DNA of 21,514 bases from Hyphochytrium catenoides (lineage: Eukaryota > Protista > Hyphochytriomycota): NCBI GenBank assembly GCA_900088475.1. It is one part of the record FLMG01000242.1 of this genome. One strand, 5' to 3'. This document shows, in pieces, positions 1-10,740 of this stretch. The notes below the pieces were generated by a model. The model did not search any database. It was not told the origin of the DNA and worked only from the letters and a program-made list of their open reading frames with translations. The position numbers were made by a program, and so were the translations under genes. The first letter of the stretch is position 1. Each line of letters starts with the position of its first letter.

Positions 1-1780
1 AGACAGGGAGGAGAAAAAAGGAAAGAAGCATGAGGGAGCTCACCCGGCCACTAAGGGCGGCCGGGGAAGATCCTCAGAAGGCGGTTGCGGCGGAGGGAAA
101 ACCACTGACGGACGCGGCGGAACTCCTTTTCCTCACCAATGATGCGAGAGAGAAAAAATCCGTGGGACTCCTCCTCCGGAACGACCGCAGGAGGAGAACT
201 AGCAGCAGCGCCATATAAAAATATGGCCTTACTAAAACCCAGTGTACAGGAGTAGTAATAATGGAGGACTAACCTATCTAGAGAAGTGCAGGGCAAAGTC
301 CCTCAACGATGACTAATTTCTTGATGTTACGAGACCAACCACCTTCACTTTTCCTTATTAGGGAATTGTGCGGCTATTCTTCTTCTTCTTCTTCCCTAAG
401 TATTCCTCGTAGTAGTATAGCTGGTCACCTTGTGAGGCGAGGGGATGCTGCTTGTGCTCACAATCGAGGATAGAAGCGGGAAGTGGTCAGAGCGGAAGAG
501 GATCTGATGAGTGAAGGTGTACGTACTTCATTGTCCATTAGTTGATGATGAGGCTAACTAATAAGTGTAATACGGAGTATATAAAGCGGATACTGGCGCA
601 CTCTAGGGAAAGCCATCTCTGCAATTACAGCGTTGCAAAAGGACAGAGATGATCCGTCAGTAGGCGGCGGTGGCAGTGAGAGAAGAAGAGAAGAGTGGAA
701 GACCCACCCACTCCCACATCTGTCAAAGATAGCCCTAACCCATTCTTTCAGGGTGGAATGAACGGTCTCCGTGGCTCCACCAAAGAACTCCCACGCTAGG
801 TACTAAGGGCGGAAACCGTAGCCTTGAGGTGTACCTTTAGTTTACTACTCTTTCATTGACGTCCAGATAATACACGGTAGTCCTACGTAGTAACATAACA
901 ACATACCAATGGAGCCATACAATCATCTCATTGATAACGTAATCTTTTATCCTTCCTTATGTTAGTGAGGAGCAACATCAACAAGGAATGCGACACACTC
1001 TTCATTGCTGCTATTTTTTCTCCTCTCTATCTGGTAACCTAAGTGGCTGTCAAGATTGATCATTAAGAGTTCTTGATGACAGCAGGAAGCATCAAGAGAC
1101 TTGGGCCTTTCTTATTTGAATTATAAGAAGATGTAGAAGTCGCGCAAGGAAAGCGACCAGAAGCAGAGAGCGTGTTCGGTTCCGCAGCTTCTTGCTTGTT
1201 GGAGCTAGCTGGCGTAAGGGTTGGTTTGCTGCTAGTAGTAGAGCGAGCTTGCGCGCCTCTCCTATTTAGGCTCTACATTGCCACCCAATCTGTAGTATTC
1301 TGTTAAGGCTGCTCGAACTTACTGCTCCTCCTTTATCAGCAGTATATTATCTTCGAGGCCATCATGCTCCTTATATCTAAATTTGACTTGTCTTTGTTAT
1401 TTACTAGTAGTTTAGACGGTTTGTTCCTGTTGAGGATTGTGTTCATGAGCTCCTCTTCATGTTAAAGGGCGATGGCCGGGGCCCGAGGAACAGGGAACTA
1501 TCGAGGTAGTCGGCGGCCATACTTTTCGCTCAGGCTTGTAAGATATTATTATCAGACCATCAACAACAGGAGGAGGAGTTCCTTATCTTATTACGAAATA
1601 ATGGTGGTAAGATAGAGCAGCTAGTTAGAAAAAAACTAGTGGCAATAAGGAAGGACGGACCCTCTTCTCCTCCTCCCGCCACAGCTGCGAGTGCCGCTTT
1701 GGCTGCTAACTATCCTTCCCTATGCTCTCTCCTCTCCCGTCTGATTCATGATGATCGTCATCAACATCATCATCCATTAT
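1..1780 (-). pseudogene. Decayed intron-containing protein-coding gene relic with a CpA->TpA-type mutation load; product unknown
   Basis: One minus-strand frame from ATG 1777 to ~527 reads as protein-like text (MDDDVDDDHHESDG...RYKEHDGLEDNILLIKEEQ*VRAALTEYYRLGGNVEPK*...GYGFRP*YLAWEFFGGATETVHSTLKEWVRAIFDRCG). Hand count: 19 stops, of which 17 are TAA/TAG and 2 are TGA. Only 2 of 24 minus-strand TGA triplets in this interval are in this frame, while 16 are in the NNT|GAN register typical of coding DNA. Intron-like segments lie at 711-619 (GTGGGT...CTACTGAC...TTGCAG) and 526-~448 (GTACGT...CTCTGAC...AAGCAG). The relic appears to continue off the left edge. Confidence 0.6.
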
Positions 1781-2193
1781 TGTCAGTACGTTCCTTACGC
1801 CCTTTCATCATCATCCACTTCTCTTCTCTTCTCTCCCGCAGCTGATACTATCTACAGTATGGGCTTCCGTAATCCATTCTTATAATTCCTGACCTCAGTG
1901 CCTAATATCAAGTATGGCTGTTTATTTATGACACACGTCGGACAGATTGACGACATCAAGCTGTTGCATTCCCTTTATTCCATTATAATGTTTGATATAT
2001 TATAAATAAGGAGTCCCATCCGCCCAACTTGGAGATACATCGTCCGTGTCTGGTGCTACCATCAAAAGGTATGGTAGAAAACCCTGAAGGCTTAGCAATC
2101 ATGTGACACAACATTTGGTAGGTCGCACCTGGCGCGAAAGGTTGTCCTTTTGGCTTGTTGATGGTGAAGATGCCGCTCGATCCTCCAGCGGCC

Positions 2194-2214
2194 GCAGCAG
2201 CAGCAGCAGCAGCA
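2194..2214 (+). repeat. (GCA)7 trinucleotide microsatellite upstream of the ABCG gene
   Basis: Directly visible: gcagcagcagcagcagcagca. Confidence 0.85.
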
Positions 2215-2628
2215 GCCGAGAGGGCGGGGCACGTGAAGGCTGGTTGGTCATGAGGTCATGAGGAGACGAGAGACACACCGAGGAGGTAGGAGAGAGAAAG
2301 AAAGAAAGAGAGAGAGTGTGTGAAGCTGGAGGGAAAGAGAGAGAGAGGGAGTGGTTGACGTTCATGTACATAGCTTTAGAGAGGAAGGAGGATTGCGCAG
2401 CCAGTGCAGTGCAGCTGACGGAGCAGCGCGCAAGACGACGAGAGTATTGCTGTCATCGATAGCAACTGCTATCTGTCCACACCCGACGGCAGCAGTACAA
2501 GGTGTCCTTGCATGTGGTAATCCTCGGAATCCGGGCTATAGGCTAGAAGGGTAGACTCGTTGTCAGTTCGCGAAGGAGGAAGAGGAGAGCGCAACTATAG
2601 CTCGGTCGAGCTATTGAGGGCGAGTAAA

Positions 2629-4322
2629 ATGGATAGTCCCCGCCGTCCTGAGACTTTCTGGAACGCCACTCCACGCGCTACACCTCGCCCAGCTCCCGCT
2701 TCACCGTAAGTTGAGCTAGTCCCATAATATCCCCGTTGCGGTGTTTTCTCTCTCTCCTTGTGTAGCTATTGGGATCGTATTAACCTGTTTTTCTCTGACT
2801 TGTAGAGACACGCCTGCTCCTGTTAGCTGGGATGAGGTCACGCGAGAAGCAGGGAAGAAAGGGGGAAAGGAGACTGCCAGAAACAGCTCCCGTGCCTATC
2901 TGGACACCACGCTGCATCGAGATGACGTAACTGAGGACAGCTGTATTGCATGGAGCTGCTTGCTGATCACTCTTCTCTGTGTAAGTTCTAGGCAAGAATT
3001 GATATAGACAATGAGTAGGATTGATTTGAACCAAGCTGAGAAACGTGTACAAAGAAAGTGAGGGTAGAAGCAAGACTAAAGGAGAGAAATAAAGGCGAGA
3101 GACAATGGAGGGAGAGAGAGAGAGAAAACAAAGAGAGAGAAAGAGAGGGCAAGAGAAAGAAGAAGTAGACGGAGGGAGAGAGAGAGAGAAAGAGAGGAAG
3201 AGAGAGGAGAAAAGACAGGAGCTAATCGGCTAGCTAGTATAGAACCAACGAGCTTGTCAAGAGGGCTTGTGACGGCACCAAAACATATCTTATAGAGGGA
3301 GTCGGTGCCATGTCAGTCTTTTCCGCTCGATGTTCACTCTCTTTCTTGTCTCTCGCTGTTGGGGCCTAACTCCATCGTCGTTCGCTCTTGTGCTCTGGCA
3401 GTGCTCGCTGTACGCCCTTTACCAATCGTTCTGCTTGTCCAAGAGGGTCAGAGCTCATCTAAAGGCTAAGAACAGCCCAGCAGTGAGTAAACAGGGTAGC
3501 CCTTCCTCTTCCAAAGGCACAGGTAAGATGTACCATAAGGACATTTTCAGAGAGAGACCAACGAGAAGAGTGCAGATTCCACCAAACGTCTGGTTAGCAC
3601 TGACTAGCGCCAGTAATCCATCCGAAAGGGCACCGATAGGGAAGAGAGAAAGGGGAAAGAGAAAACTGGCTGAAAAGAGGCACTTAACAGAGCTCTGTTC
3701 GAGAGTGGCCATCTTCTTACTCTCTCTGTCTCTCTTTCTCTCTCCCTCTGTATGCTTATAGGGCGCTCGCCTCGTCACTCTCTTCATCCGATGAGTGGTC
3801 CTCGGCGGGGCTCCCTGTCAAATCAGTCTGGGATCTTGGACTTGTCCTTCCATTATCTCTCCTTCTATGTGCCCACCACAGATAGGTGCTCTATATACTG
3901 CTCCTTATTATCTCTATAGAATCTTCCTCTTGTCATGGAATGGACTATCTGTTCTAACAAGCAAGTGGATTGCTCTCTCTTCTTATCCGTCTTTCAGCGT
4001 TCGTCTCTCTCTCTCCTCCCCTCTCTCTCTCTCTCAGACACACACACACTCTTACTCTCCCCTTTTTCGCTCTGCATCATTCACTGTTGTCTCCCTTTGC
4101 ATTCCCTCTTCCGCTTCCTCTTCCCCGCCGATATTTCCCCTCCCTCTGCGTCTGATGGTTGAATCTCTAAAGCTTACTGCTTGGACGTTTCCTGTGTTGT
4201 CTTGCAGTGCGACAGGAAAAAGAAAGGAAGTGGCTATCCTGAATGACACCTGTGGACACTTTCGCCAGGGAACTTTCACCGCAATCATGGTTTGAAAGGA
4301 TTTTCTCTCTCTCGCGCGCGTG

Positions 4323-4363
<41 letters not shown>

Positions 4364-5964
4364 TCCCTCGCGCTCTCTTCCAAATCTCCCTTACGCCTCT
4401 CTCTTTCAATGTTGCTGTTTTGCTCGCCCGGCTTTCTCTGATTTTCTCCCTCACTTCTTCTCATCCCGGTGCCTCTGCCTCACTTCCTTGTTGTTGCCGG
4501 TCCAAATCTCTATTCTCTGAAAGCGCACTAGTGGAACGGTTTGCTTGCCACATCGGGTTCATATCACCTCCAACTCTCTCGTTATCCTCCTCTCCTCTCC
4601 CTTCTATACCCTTCCCCTACTGGACTTACACTCCTCTCTTCCTCTACAACCTTCATTCAGGGGCCCTCTGGGTGTGGGAAGACCAGTCTCTTGAATCTTT
4701 TATGTGGAAGGGCACGAAGCGGTGTCTTCTCTGGGCAGTTCGCCATCAATGGCTCCGTCTTCCGGGATTATGGCAAATTTGGGCGTGTGATGAAGGAGCA
4801 GGGCTATGTTCAGCAGACGGACTCGTTTACGGAGGTGAGGAGAGGGAGAAAGAGAGAAAGGTGTCGTCATTGCTAGAGGACCTGGGATGGAGCCAGCTTT
4901 GGGAGAGCACGAGAGACGAGGGCTACGAGAACTAAGGTCATAGAAGAGGAGCTCTGGACCGCTCGTCCCTGTCACGCTTACACCGTCATGGCGGTCTTTT
5001 GGATCTCTACCTGGGATCTTCTATCGCTTGTCTCACTTTCTCACACCGCACCTTGCTCTTCTGCGTCTCCCTCCTCCCTGTCGCCTCCTTACTGTCTCTC
5101 TCTCTCTCTCTCTCTCTTAACTATGTCAGGCTTTTACAGTTCGTGAATGGCTTCTGTTCTCTGCGATGCTGCGGCTGAGCCCAGACTATACCTTGGAACA
5201 ACGGCTGAATAGGGTTGAGTCCGTGCTCAAGAAGGTGGAGCTCCACGGATGTGCTGAGAAGACAATTGGTAAGAAGACTGAAGAAGAGAGGAAAAGGGAT
5301 AACCGTGAAGACCAGGTCACAAACTCAGCGAAGGAAGATCGAAAGAAGGAGACAGACAGAGTCAGAGGGAAGCGAAAGCAAGCGAGAGAGAGAGACCCTA
5401 ACAGAGAAAGAGAGAGAGAAGGAGAGTACGTGATGGGTTAAGAAGGAAAGGAGAGGAGAGCTGAAGGCTACTGGATTTTCTCAGGTGGACTGCTGAGCGG
5501 AAAGCGAGGACTCTCTGGAGGACAGAAGCGGCGACTAAGCGTGGCAACAGAGCTTCTGAACCTTCCAGCTATCATCTTTCTGGATGAGCCGACGAGGTGT
5601 TCTCGCTATCTATCCTGCTTGGCGCCCTTACATCAATCTATCTACGGGGCTCTCCTCTCTCCTCTGCTTGATGACTCCGTTCCTTCTGTGCCTGAAGATT
5701 CTATCCCTCTCTTGGTAGCGATCTGTCTCACACTCTTCCGTCCTCGGTGTTATTGCCATAACCTTGAATAGCGGCCTGGACGCTCTTTCTTCTCTCAAGC
5801 TGGTGCGCCTACTGAATACTTTGTCTCGGGGAGGCTTCACTGTGGTCACTACCATCCATCAGCCCCGCTCGGAGATCTATGAGCTCTTTGATCAGGTAGC
5901 ACAGGGAGCAGCCTTTTGATGTTTCGAACTGATATCAAGGTCATAGAGAGCANNNNNNNNNNNN

Positions 5965-5999
<35 letters not shown>

Positions 6000-8900
6000 A
6001 AGGGATATGGGGGGGGAAGGGAAGAGAGAGAGAAGAGAAGGGGCTAATAAAGAGGGAGAAATAACGGAACAAGAGGAACAAAGACAGAGAATCTCTCCGG
6101 AACATAGGCGGCGTGGGTTTGGGAGTGAAAAGAGAGAAAAAAAGTCCAAGTTAAAGGGTCTGTGCCGTACACTGCCGGCGTATGACCTTTCCCTTACGAT
6201 GGAAGAGAGGGGTAAGAAAGAAGAAAGGAGGAAGAGCCCTGCTGATACGCTCCCGCAGATCCTCTTGATGGCACCAGGGGGCTACGTCGGCTACCTGGGC
6301 TCAGCCGCCGAGTGTCCTGGCTACTTGGCGTCCCTCAGCTTCATACGCGCGAGACCTGAAAGCTATAGGTTAGCGATTGTCGGCTGTCTTTACTTTCAAT
6401 TTTGACCTCTGCCTCTTTTCTACTTTCATGCCTCTCTCTTCTTGGCGAGCCATTGACTTGTACGACTATTAAGACTCTTGCACATAGGCTTGTCTTTCAC
6501 TTCTCTCTCGATGTCGCCTCTTGATATATCTATTTCTCTGTCTATCACTATTTATCTCTTACTTCTCCGTTTCTCCAGCAATCATGCAGACTTCATCGTG
6601 GACGTCATAGGACTAGATGAGGAATCCAAGGAAGAGAAAAGAGCTGGACCTGGGACCAATGAGCAAGAAGGTTAGTAGGTGTAAGACAGCCCGCTCACTC
6701 AGAGCTAGTTTTCCTAGAAGTATACGAGGCCCAGCTCGTGGCGTGTGTCTCTCTCTCTCTCACGCGCTGCCTCTTTGTCTCTCCATTCCGATCCGATGAC
6801 TCTTTGTTGCTTTAGTTCTCTCCCTTCCACATCAGGGTGGGCAACAGAAGAGTCAGCTAGCAATCGCCTGGGAGGAGAGCGACAGGTACAAGACTCTAAT
6901 GAGGGAGCTGGCTGTCTCTCTTTCTTCCGACAGCTTCCACAGAGCAAGCAAGGGCAGGAAGCTCTCTCGGCTGTCGGTCCAGGTAGGAGAGCCTTCGTAA
7001 GAAATGGATGGGAAAGAGAAAGAGAGACTAGCAGAAGAACAGAATATAGAGAGAGATGTATCATCAGAGCTGAGGCTGGGCCAGATTGCGAAGGAGCGGG
7101 CCTTAAATCAGGAGAGAATCGTCACCTGACCTTGATCTGTCAGGTGTGGGCTGTTTACTACCGTCGTACAGCACGGATGTACTCTCACTGGTACAAACCT
7201 GTCCTCATGGTCCTCAACGCCGCGATCGTCACTGCAGTCATAGCGTCAGGTACTGGTTCCTCTTCCGACGCCATTCTCTTTCTCTCTCGTTTCCTCCTCT
7301 CCTTTCTAACGGCGTAGTCTTTTCGCTCCTAGCTCTTCGCTACTTTTATGCTATCTTTCTCACTAGAATACTTCCTTCCTCTCTCTCCTGGTAGCGCGTC
7401 TCAATTTCGAGTTGCAGTCATCGCTACATTATTCCCACCTTCACAAGTCCTCGGCTGCCTTGACATTTCACCATCTCTCTGTCTGTCTGAGTGTTGCCTG
7501 TCTCCTTGTCTGTCTCTCTTTTTCTCTCTCTCTCTGCTCTATTTCCTCTCACACACCCTCTGCGTGGCTTCTGTGTGTGTCGAACTCTTAGCTTTCAACT
7601 ATACCTCACACAACCCAGCCATTGACTTGGGACCAGAGGGAGATAGAGTCCCTGTCGTCATCGGTAAGGAGCTCCTCCTATTCTTAGATCTTCATCTCTC
7701 TCGCTATCACAATTTTCTTCTTTATCGTGTCAGATTTTAAGCTTCCTCCTCTCTCTAATCCATCTGATTCAGTCTTCTCTCTTCACTCTGCTTCATTCTC
7801 CTTTCTTCCACGCAACTCATCTTTGCATTTTTTCTTTCTGTCTGCCATTACTCTCTCTTTTGACTCTTCTTCGGCTTTCCTTTTTCTTACAAACGTCCCC
7901 ACTCCAATGTCCATATCTTCTCTCGCGTTCAGCAGCTTTCTACTCCTACTGGTCTGTTAGACGCTGTCAGGCGCCTCCTTTTATATCCCACATCCCTGTT
8001 CGTTGGGCTCGCGACTAACCAACTCTCTTTTCTCCTGTTCTCTCATTTCGGTCGCCTCTTCCTTTGGGTGTCATATAAGACACGAACCTTCAAACTCAGC
8101 TCTATCAGCGGGTGATGGTTCTCTTCTTCGCCTCCTCTTACTGCCTCGTTCTTGCGTACCTTGACCTTGTCCCGGCGTACTTTGAAGAGAGGCAGATACT
8201 CAAGGTACGTGTGACCTCAGTGCTCATGATAGTAAGGAGAACAGAAGGAACAAGTGAAGAGAGAAAGGTGCAACTTGCTGTGGCTAATGTCCACGGGTCA
8301 GAAGAAAGATGAATGTGCTATGAGAGGCTAGTGGAAGAGAGTGGTCCATGTAAATCCTCTGTTTCGGGCAATATCTTCTTGCTCTCATCAATTCCGTCCT
8401 GGCCCTCCTATCCTTATCCTCCTTCTTCCTCGTCTCGCTGGCTCTCTCTCTTTGTCTGTCTGTCTCCCTCTTTCTCTCTGCGTCACACAGAATCACGCAC
8501 ACACTCCTCTTATTCCGTGGCTCTGACCTCGCTTTCGGCACTCACACACTCTCTCTCCCTTTCCTCGCTTCCGATTCTCCCTTCTGAAGCTGGAGCGGGA
8601 TGCTGGTGTCATCAGTTACTCAGGTTATGCTCTTGGTTGTGTGCTAGCTGAGGCCTTCAGAGCAATCTGTATCCCGATTGTGATCGTGATGGTCCTCTAT
8701 CTAATGCAGGACAATGTAAGGCGTCAGGCGCACCCCCTACCCTCCTTCTTCTTGGACCTAAATCTTCCTTGTCCAGTTGAACAAGTCAGTACTTCAGATC
8801 TGGAAGGCGATGACAATCCTAATCTCCGGTTCACAAGCTTGGCAAGCCATCATCTCCATGCTCTGCTCCATCACCGACTCTATGGGGCTTGTCTATTGTC

Positions 8901-10120
8901 AGTCATCCCTTGAGAAGCTCCTCAAGTCTTGTTCCTCTTCCTTCCCTCCCTCTGCCTTCCCCAGTCCTTGGCTCTCTCTCATTCTCCCTCACGCTCTCTT
9001 CTCATTCTCCACTCACGCTCTCTGCTCCTTCTCCCTTTTGCGTCCTCTGTCTATCTCTCTGTTGCTCTTCCTATGAACTTTTCTGTCCTTGCCCATTCAC
9101 AGTTGCCCTTCTTTTGCCACTTTGAACCTTTCTTCCCACTTTTTTGGGTACTGCCCGTACTTTCTCCCAACACCTTCCTTCTTCCCCTTCATCCTTCTAC
9201 CGTCTCCCTAACCCACTTCGCTTCCTCAATTTTTCCGTCGTGCCCCTCTCTCTCTTTTTCTCTGTCTGTCTCTGTCTCTCTCTTCCCTTCCCCCTTCTCT
9301 CCATTCAGCCCTTCTCTTCATTGTTCTGGGCAGCGGATTATTTTTCAGTGGCATCCCGGTTCTCTACAACAACATGTCACCCTTCTGGTACTGGTGCTAC
9401 TATGGCTCGGTCCCAGCCCTTACTGTCAGAGCCATGGTGATCAATGACCTCTCCGGTATAGCATCTTTATCTATCTCTTACTGCCTCTCTCTCTCTCTCC
9501 TCTTCCTATTTTGTGACTGCTATTGAGTCAAGTTTCCAAAATCGAGTCAGCGTTTCTTTCCTTCCTTAGGCAGCTTTCTCTTCGTCCTCATCTTCTACTC
9601 CATTTTCCTTTCTCTTCTCCTCAAATAGTCTTACTTGTCGCCGCCACTAGGGCTGTCCTCGCCCGTTTAGTTGGCCTACTACCTTCTGTTCTAAACTCTC
9701 ACCGCCTCCTCTCTCTGTCTTGCCGGGCTTTCAACCAAAGATACTGAAGGAAACTATCGGGCACTGCAGGATTCTGGTCTAACCCGCATGGAGACGGTAG
9801 GAGCACCTTCGCTTCAATACAAACCTACGTGGCTCATCCATCTCTCTCTGTCCCGTGTCCCTCTCTCTTCTTCTGCTTCTCTCTCTCCCCTTGTCGTTCA
9901 GACCACAATGCTTACGGTACTCTTTATCTCTGTGATCCTCTGCCGCGTGCTTGGAGTGGCAATCTACCGGTTACGCGAGTGGATGAATCAGCGAGTAACG
10001 TACCGTCACCTTGCCTACATTGACACCAAGATCAAGGCCTACGCTACTCCCCTTGCTCTTCCCGTTCCTCCACCATCTGCGCCCGCTCCAGTGGATGTGC
10101 CCGAGGGCGACTCAAAGTAG
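2629..10120 (+). CDS. ABC transporter G family (White/WBC-type NBD-TMD half transporter), 20 exons, ~822 aa
   Basis: Exons 2629-2705, 2806-2980, 3402-3522, 3762-3885, 4208-4289, 4661-4834, 5130-5268, 5485-5596, 5772-5895, 6259-6368, 6579-6670, 6816-6982, 7144-7249, 7592-7663, 8080-8204, 8590-8715, 8777-8897, 9309-9455, 9741-9796, 9902-10120. All introns are GT-AG and phase-consistent (2469 nt total). NBD motifs: LSFHYLSFYVP, Walker A AIMGPSGCGKTSLL, Q-loop GYVQQTD, FTVREWLLFSAMLRL, signature LSGGQKRRLS, Walker B/D-loop IIFLDEPTSGLD, H-loop TIHQPRSEIYELFD, and NHADF. ABC2-type TMD: QVWAVYYRR, YFEERQILKLERDAG, FFSGIPV..NMSPFWYWCYY, AMVINDL. The first three exons are less certain than the core. 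Confidence 0.95.
5953..5964. other. Assembly gap (N run) in an ABCG intron; further gaps at 11789-11876, 12392-12418 and 18913-19024
   Basis: N characters, each next to a GA- or CT-rich tract and inside a predicted intron. Confidence 1.
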
Positions 10121-10482
10121 CTGTGTGAGAGAGATGTCTTTCATCAGACCTGCTTCTCACTCCTGTCAAGGTCAGGGAAATGTCTTAGGAACTAGCTCCC
10201 CAAGACAATCCTATGGCTTTTCCTAGCATTAGTGCACAGATTCCATTTCTTCCAGACTCTCAGTTAAGTTACTGGGAACCTAACTAATATATTCAGAAAC
10301 TACAATGCAAGACTCAGCAGTGCTAAGCCTGAGCCATGTGTCCTTGCTCCTTGCTAACCGGTAGAACAACAGAGTCTGCACCAAATAGACGTAGATCGAT
10401 GAGCAAATTCGAAGGTCATTGTCCAATCTGGGCGTCACAACTGGTTCAGCCACAGTTATCTTTCCGCAGCGTTCTAGAGTAG

Positions 10483-10740
10483 ATGGGGATGAATATTCGT
10501 GTCCTGACTGAAGTCGTGAGACTTCTTGCTAGTGAGCTTCAGCAGCCTCCAGACTCTTCATCACCACTGTCTCTGCTTTTATTTCTCCGCTGGCGCAGCT
10601 GCTGGCGCTCTCTGGATCCTAGACTGGCCTTGCCCAGGTTGATGATGGATGAGTGCAATCAGATGGCGCGAACAGAGAATTTTGAAATTACAAGTGAGGT
10701 AATTCAGGATCCCTTCTACCAAAAAGGCATTTATCATTGA
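10483..10740 (+). other. Short intronless ORF (85 aa) with weak F-box-like N-terminus; possible relic or spurious
   Basis: VLTEVVRLLASEL...SLLLFLRWRSCWRSL loosely follows the F-box pattern LPxEIxxxIxSxL...LLxLxxVCKxWRxL. It lacks the conserved Pro and has no other support. Confidence 0.2.

Noticed and set aside
470-500. Minus-strand RSDHFPL resembling the SDH motif of LINE APE endonucleases
   Set aside because: No other APE or RT motifs are present. It coincides with the branch-point CTCTGAC of a putative intron in the relic gene.
1850-2110. Possible transposon end (TACAGT at ~1853) at the boundary of the relic
   Set aside because: No matching inverted terminus or target-site duplication was found in the window.
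3935-4520. Many overlapping LSLSLS/ERERER ORFs in the ORF track (also near 11000, 16300, 19800 and 21200)
   Set aside because: These are translations of CT/GA microsatellites in introns or intergenic DNA.
6836-6982. CAG acceptor at 6835 giving GWATEESASNRL...
   Set aside because: It leaves the next exon out of phase. The TAG acceptor at 6815 gives the ABCG-like QLAIAWEESDRY...SVQ and preserves the frame.
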